From positions 1,050,001 to 1,082,000 of the forward strand of contig CP008936.1 in the NCBI GenBank assembly GCA_000743035.1: 32,000 bases of DNA, in the 5' to 3' direction. Both the position numbers and the translations under genes were made by a program. Shown in pieces: positions 28,176 to 32,000 of this stretch. This DNA comes from Candidatus Paracaedimonas acanthamoebae (GTDB lineage Bacteria; Pseudomonadota; Alphaproteobacteria; Caedimonadales; Caedimonadaceae). How positions within the stretch are numbered: the first letter of the stretch is position 1; the number at the start of each line of letters is the position of its first letter. Under the pieces are notes generated by a model. The model made no database searches. It was given only the letters and a program-made list of their open reading frames with translations, and had not been told where the DNA came from.

Positions 28176-28864
28176 AGATATTCAATAGATGCTCCACGTT
28201 CTCTGCCTTTATTTTTACTGGAATTTTAATTCTTGTGACCTTAGGAAACTGGCAAATATATCGTCTTCACTGGAAACAAGATTTAATCTCTAAAATTCAA
28301 AAACGATCACAAATTCTTCCTATTCCAATCCAAACACTTGAAACACTTCCAACAAATAAAATTAAGAATTTTGAATTTTCACCGACTATAGCGGAAGGCC
28401 GCTACCTCCATACATTAGAGTTCAAACTTTTAGGCAGAACACATCAAGGACAAGCAGGATACCACATGATTACACCTCTACTTCTTAAGACGAAGAAAAT
28501 TCTTTTGGTTGACCGAGGATGGGTTCCTTTTTATGAAAAATCAATTGATCGTCCAAGAGGACTCATCAAGATTAAGGGTTTGATACGATTAAACTCTGAA
28601 AAAAATTTCTTTACACCGGAAAATGATTTTTCATCTCGAGAACTTTATTTTATAGCACCGCACGAAATCACAATAAGAATGGGAATTAAAGAGCTACTTC
28701 CCTTTTACATTTGCATCTCTGATACTATTCAACCAAGCACATTTCCTATCAGTATTCCTCTCAATCTTAAGTTAAGGAATTTTCATCTTGCATATGCCTT
28801 AACATGGTATAGTCTCGCGCTTGGATTAGGGATTTTATATTTCTTTTTTAAAAGAAAAAAATAA
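28172..28864 (+). CDS. SURF1-family cytochrome oxidase assembly protein
   Basis: 230 aa. It has N- and C-terminal TM helices flanking a periplasmic domain, with LGNWQIYRLHWKQDLI and VDRGWVP. The TTG start overlaps the ctaE stop (TTGA). The ctaE-SURF1 order is typical of alphaproteobacteria. Confidence 0.85.
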   Translation: MKIFNRCSTFSAFIFTGILILVTLGNWQIYRLHWKQDLISKIQKRSQILPIPIQTLETLPTNKIKNFEFSPTIAEGRYLHTLEFKLLGRTHQGQAGYHMITPLLLKTKKILLVDRGWVPFYEKSIDRPRGLIKIKGLIRLNSEKNFFTPENDFSSRELYFIAPHEITIRMGIKELLPFYICISDTIQPSTFPISIPLNLKLRNFHLAYALTWYSLALGLGILYFFFKRKK

Positions 28865-28889
28865 CTCACATAAACGGACTATAATTTAT

Positions 28890-30149
28890 ATGACGACAAG
28901 AACGGCAACACTACCAAATGGAATCAGAATTGTAACAGACACGATTGAAACTGTTGAAACAGTTGCTCTTGGTGTATGGGCTAAGGTTGGATCTCGTCAT
29001 GAAACATATGAGATAAATGGAATTTCTCATATGCTTGAGCATATGAATTTTCGTGGAACAATACGCCACACAGCCAGCGAAATTGCTGAAAAAATAGAGG
29101 CAGTTGGAGGGCATCTTAATGCTTATACCTCACGCGAACATACAGGTTATTATGCCCGCATACTCAAACAAGATATTTCGCTAGCTGTTGATCTTTTATC
29201 CGACATTCTACAATTTTCAATGTTTAATCTCGAAGAGCTCGAACGTGAAAAAACTGTTGTCCTGCAAGAAGTTTCTCAAACTCAAGACACGCCAGATGAT
29301 ATAATTTTTGATCTTTTCCAAGAAACTGCTTTTCCTTTACAGCCTCTAGGTTATCCAATTATCGGGCGTCCAGATGTTATTAAGTCTTTTACACGTCAAG
29401 ACCTCCAAAATTATATGGAAGATCAATATACTACTTCAAATATGATCGTTGCCGCAGCAGGTAAAATAGAACACGAAAAGTTCGTCGAACTTGTTTTTCA
29501 ACAGTTTACACACATAAAAAATACGAAAGCTAACGACATAAAACAGTGTGAATATAAAGGCGGAGATCTTAGAGTTACGCGGGACCTAGAACAAGCTCAT
29601 TTAGTGCTTGGCTTTCCGTCAGTAAGGATTGGTCATGAAGACTACTATGCAACCTCACTTCTAGCCACTATTTTAGGAGGAGGGATGTCTTCACGTCTTT
29701 TTCAAGAAGTTCGTGAAAAAAGAGGGCTAGTTTACGAAATTCAAGCATTTATTAATGGCTTTAGTGACCATGGCATCTTCGGAATATATGCCAGCGCAAA
29801 CCCCCAAGAAGCAAAAGATTTATTGCCTGTTGTTTGCGAAGAATTATCAACATTTCCTCTCACTCTCACTCAAAAAGAACTTGATAGAGCAAAAGCCCAA
29901 CTTAAAGCCTCAATGATGATGGCTCTCGAAAGCACCACCTCACGCTGTGAGCAGCTTGTGCAACAAACCCTGATTTATGGGCGTCCTTTAAAAACTGCTG
30001 AAATTTTAAATTTTATAGATAGTGTTGATTTAGAAAGATCTAAAGTAATTGCGTCTTCAATCTTCAGCAAACCTATAACTTTTGCAGCACTAGGTCCCAC
30101 AAAATCACTTGAAAATTATGAAAGTTTGTCCAGACGCTTAGGCACGTAG
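28890..30149 (+). CDS. M16-family zinc peptidase (pitrilysin / mitochondrial-processing-peptidase-like)
   Basis: 419 aa. Has the inverted zinc motif HMLEHM (HxxEH) followed by NFRGT and NAYTSREHT. The length and two-domain layout are typical of alphaproteobacterial MPP-beta-like proteases. Confidence 0.9.
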   Translation: MTTRTATLPNGIRIVTDTIETVETVALGVWAKVGSRHETYEINGISHMLEHMNFRGTIRHTASEIAEKIEAVGGHLNAYTSREHTGYYARILKQDISLAVDLLSDILQFSMFNLEELEREKTVVLQEVSQTQDTPDDIIFDLFQETAFPLQPLGYPIIGRPDVIKSFTRQDLQNYMEDQYTTSNMIVAAAGKIEHEKFVELVFQQFTHIKNTKANDIKQCEYKGGDLRVTRDLEQAHLVLGFPSVRIGHEDYYATSLLATILGGGMSSRLFQEVREKRGLVYEIQAFINGFSDHGIFGIYASANPQEAKDLLPVVCEELSTFPLTLTQKELDRAKAQLKASMMMALESTTSRCEQLVQQTLIYGRPLKTAEILNFIDSVDLERSKVIASSIFSKPITFAALGPTKSLENYESLSRRLGT

Positions 30150-30176
30150 TTTTCAATATAAAACCTTAAACAAAAC

Positions 30177-31862
30177 TTAAGATTCATAATTTTTACGGAA
30201 GCCATTTATTATTCTATGGGCTTCTTCATGCACATACCCAGTTGCCTCAAGTACTTTTGTTGCCAGTTGCAAGCTTGGTTCAAATGTTTCGGGTCTCACA
30301 ACCGTTATGCCTGCTTGAGTTAACTTACTTTCATATTCGTCATCTCTAAGACGAACAAGAACCTGTAAATTTGGAAACTCTCGTCTTATGGTTAAAGCTA
30401 TCCGGACAGCTCCTTTTCGAGAATTTAAGCAAATCACAATAGCACGTGCTCTGTTAGCACCAAGTGCTCTCAAAACTTGTGTACGACGTGCATCTCCATA
30501 AAAAATAGGATATCCATCTAAGCGCCCTTGAGACACTACAGATAAGTTATTATCTACGATGAGAAAGGGTATCATCTGCTCTCTCATCAGATGAGCTATC
30601 ATATTTCCAACACGACCGAAACCACAGATAATAACGTGATTACTAATATCTTCACATTCGCTAACATGAGTTTCAATAGATTGCTCGGTTTCTTTTTCAA
30701 CCCAACGTTCGTCTATGTAGCGACCAAGCATAGCAAGCAGAGGAGTTACCCCCATCGAAATAGCCACAATCGCAAATAAAAGTTGGCCTTGATCTAAAGA
30801 AATGATTTTTGCTTCAATCGCGGGAGAAAGGACTAAAAAAGCAAACTCTCCACTTCCAGCAAGCAATAAACCTACCCTTAATCCTGTCGAAAAAGGAATA
30901 TTAAACATACGACTTAAACCTAAGATCACGCTTCCTTTAATCGCAATCAACCCTAAAAGTCCGGTAAAAATAAAACTTATATTTTGCAAAATAAGATAAG
31001 GATCAACACTCATTCCTAACGTTATAAAGAACAAGCCAATTAATAATCCATAAAACGGCTGAATATCTGCTTCAACTTGATGTCGGTATTCTGTTTCAGA
31101 TAATAAGATACCCGCAAGAAAAGCTCCAAGCTCTAGGGATAAACCTGCAGCTGCTGTGGCTGCACTGATTATTAATATAACCAATAAGCTCATAGTTACG
31201 AAAAGCTCTTGGCTTTCAAGCTGAGCAATTCCTCTATAAACTGGCTTCAATAGAACTCGCCCTAGGAGAATAATTAAAAATAAAACAACTGTTGTTTTAA
31301 GAATGGAGATTCCCAAAATACTCAATAAGCTTGAAGAACCATCTTTAAAAGCGCTTATAAGCATTAGCAACACAACAACAAACAAATCTTGTAAAAGAAG
31401 TATCGCTAAAGATACTCGCCCAAAACGAAGTGCAAGGTCTCCCCGTTCTGAAAGTATTTGAATTCCGACTGCAGTAGAAGATAGCGCTAATACTGTGCCG
31501 ATTAAAATCGCCGGCTCTAACTTGACATTAAACATCAATAGGACAAAAGTTATAAGAGCGGATGTACATACTACTTGCAATAAACCTAAACCAAAAACGT
31601 AACGCCTTAGCACTTGCAAGCGCTGAAGCGGCATCTTAAGTCCTATAGTAAAAAGTAGGAACAAAACCCCCATTTCACCAAGGAATTTAGTCCCTTCAAG
31701 AGTATTAATAAAGCCGAGTGCTTTAGGACCAATGAGCAACCCTGCAAGCAGATAACCTAAGATACTGCTTGCTTTAAGCCATTGAAAAAGAGAGACAACT
31801 GCTACAGCAGAAATCAAAATAATTAATGTTTCTTTCAAATATAAAGCGTGTTCCAAAACCAA
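30177..31862 (-). CDS. monovalent cation:proton antiporter-2 (CPA2) family protein with C-terminal RCK/TrkA-N domain (KefB/KefC-like K+ efflux)
   Basis: 561 aa. The N-terminal part has about 12 TM segments (ILGYLLAGLLIGP...) and the C-terminal Rossmann motif is HVIICGFGRVGNMIA. There is no in-frame ATG near the N-terminus. The track start is TTG 31862, and TTG 31856 is equally possible. Confidence 0.9.
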   Translation of the reverse strand: MVLEHALYLKETLIILISAVAVVSLFQWLKASSILGYLLAGLLIGPKALGFINTLEGTKFLGEMGVLFLLFTIGLKMPLQRLQVLRRYVFGLGLLQVVCTSALITFVLLMFNVKLEPAILIGTVLALSSTAVGIQILSERGDLALRFGRVSLAILLLQDLFVVVLLMLISAFKDGSSSLLSILGISILKTTVVLFLIILLGRVLLKPVYRGIAQLESQELFVTMSLLVILIISAATAAAGLSLELGAFLAGILLSETEYRHQVEADIQPFYGLLIGLFFITLGMSVDPYLILQNISFIFTGLLGLIAIKGSVILGLSRMFNIPFSTGLRVGLLLAGSGEFAFLVLSPAIEAKIISLDQGQLLFAIVAISMGVTPLLAMLGRYIDERWVEKETEQSIETHVSECEDISNHVIICGFGRVGNMIAHLMREQMIPFLIVDNNLSVVSQGRLDGYPIFYGDARRTQVLRALGANRARAIVICLNSRKGAVRIALTIRREFPNLQVLVRLRDDEYESKLTQAGITVVRPETFEPSLQLATKVLEATGYVHEEAHRIINGFRKNYES

Positions 31863-32000
31863 CCTGTTTAAAAAATGATTGTCAGTGTATCATGCTTATA
31901 ATAGCGAGAGAAGAATTGTATAAGCAAGCTTTATTGGAGAAAAACATACAATAAAACTCTTATTGATTTTTTTCTGTTTCGAAATTTAAGATATTTCCTA

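Noticed and set aside
31879-31902. Plus-strand TTGTCA and TATAAT near the right edge
   Set aside because: The spacer is only 12 nt, and any target gene would lie outside the window.
1-32000. Search by eye for CRISPR arrays, tRNA/rRNA genes, IS elements or transposases, integrases, phage genes, toxin-antitoxin pairs and known defence genes
   Set aside because: Every spacer over 60 bp was read on both strands. I found no repeat-spacer periodicity, no tRNA-like T-arm (the TTCGAA at about 31978 has no flanking stem) and no terminal inverted repeats. All long ORFs have housekeeping or envelope identities. I cannot rule out diffuse repeats that would need a computed self-dotplot.

Overview
AT-rich, very gene-dense chromosomal segment: 28 protein-coding genes and a partial one at the left edge. 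The longest non-coding stretch is 266 bp. Gene content and local synteny point to the core genome of a low-GC alphaproteobacterium. That synteny includes divergent comEC|gltX-gltA, divergent tsaD|hemC, tsaD-gpsA-EVE, ctaE-SURF1 and an MPP-like M16 peptidase, plus NDUFA9-like and NDUFAF5-like genes. It could be an intracellular Holosporales- or Rickettsiales-like lineage, but that is inference, not a computed result.

Gene order:
- comEC' (-)
- gltX, gltA, small ORF (+)
- uppP (-)
- GST (+)
- clpB, GT4 glycosyltransferase (-)
- RND adaptor, RND pump, NDUFAF5-like, NDUFA9-like (+)
- ychF, pth, rplY, WbpM/PglF-type dehydratase, SDR, Wzy_C/O-antigen-ligase-family protein, EVE protein, gpsA, tsaD (all -)
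- hemC, family-5 solute-binding protein, ctaE, SURF1, M16 peptidase (+)
- CPA2/KefB-like antiporter (-)

I found no rRNA, tRNA, CRISPR array, IS/transposase, integrase, phage gene, toxin-antitoxin pair or recognisable defence gene. All long ORFs look intact. I therefore do not see a convincing novel multi-gene system here; the window reads as ordinary housekeeping and envelope genome.

The observations most worth a second look are:
1. An adjacent NDUFAF5-like/NDUFA9-like pair in which the methyltransferase-fold protein appears to have lost its SAM-binding glycine loop.
2. An orphan YejA-like solute-binding protein whose stop overlaps the ctaE start, sitting between hemC and ctaE-SURF1.
3. An EVE (PUA-like) protein wedged with zero spacing between tsaD-gpsA and a minimal glycan module.
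4. That glycan module itself.

All coordinates and motifs were read by eye from the sequence and the ORF track. No searches or statistics were run.
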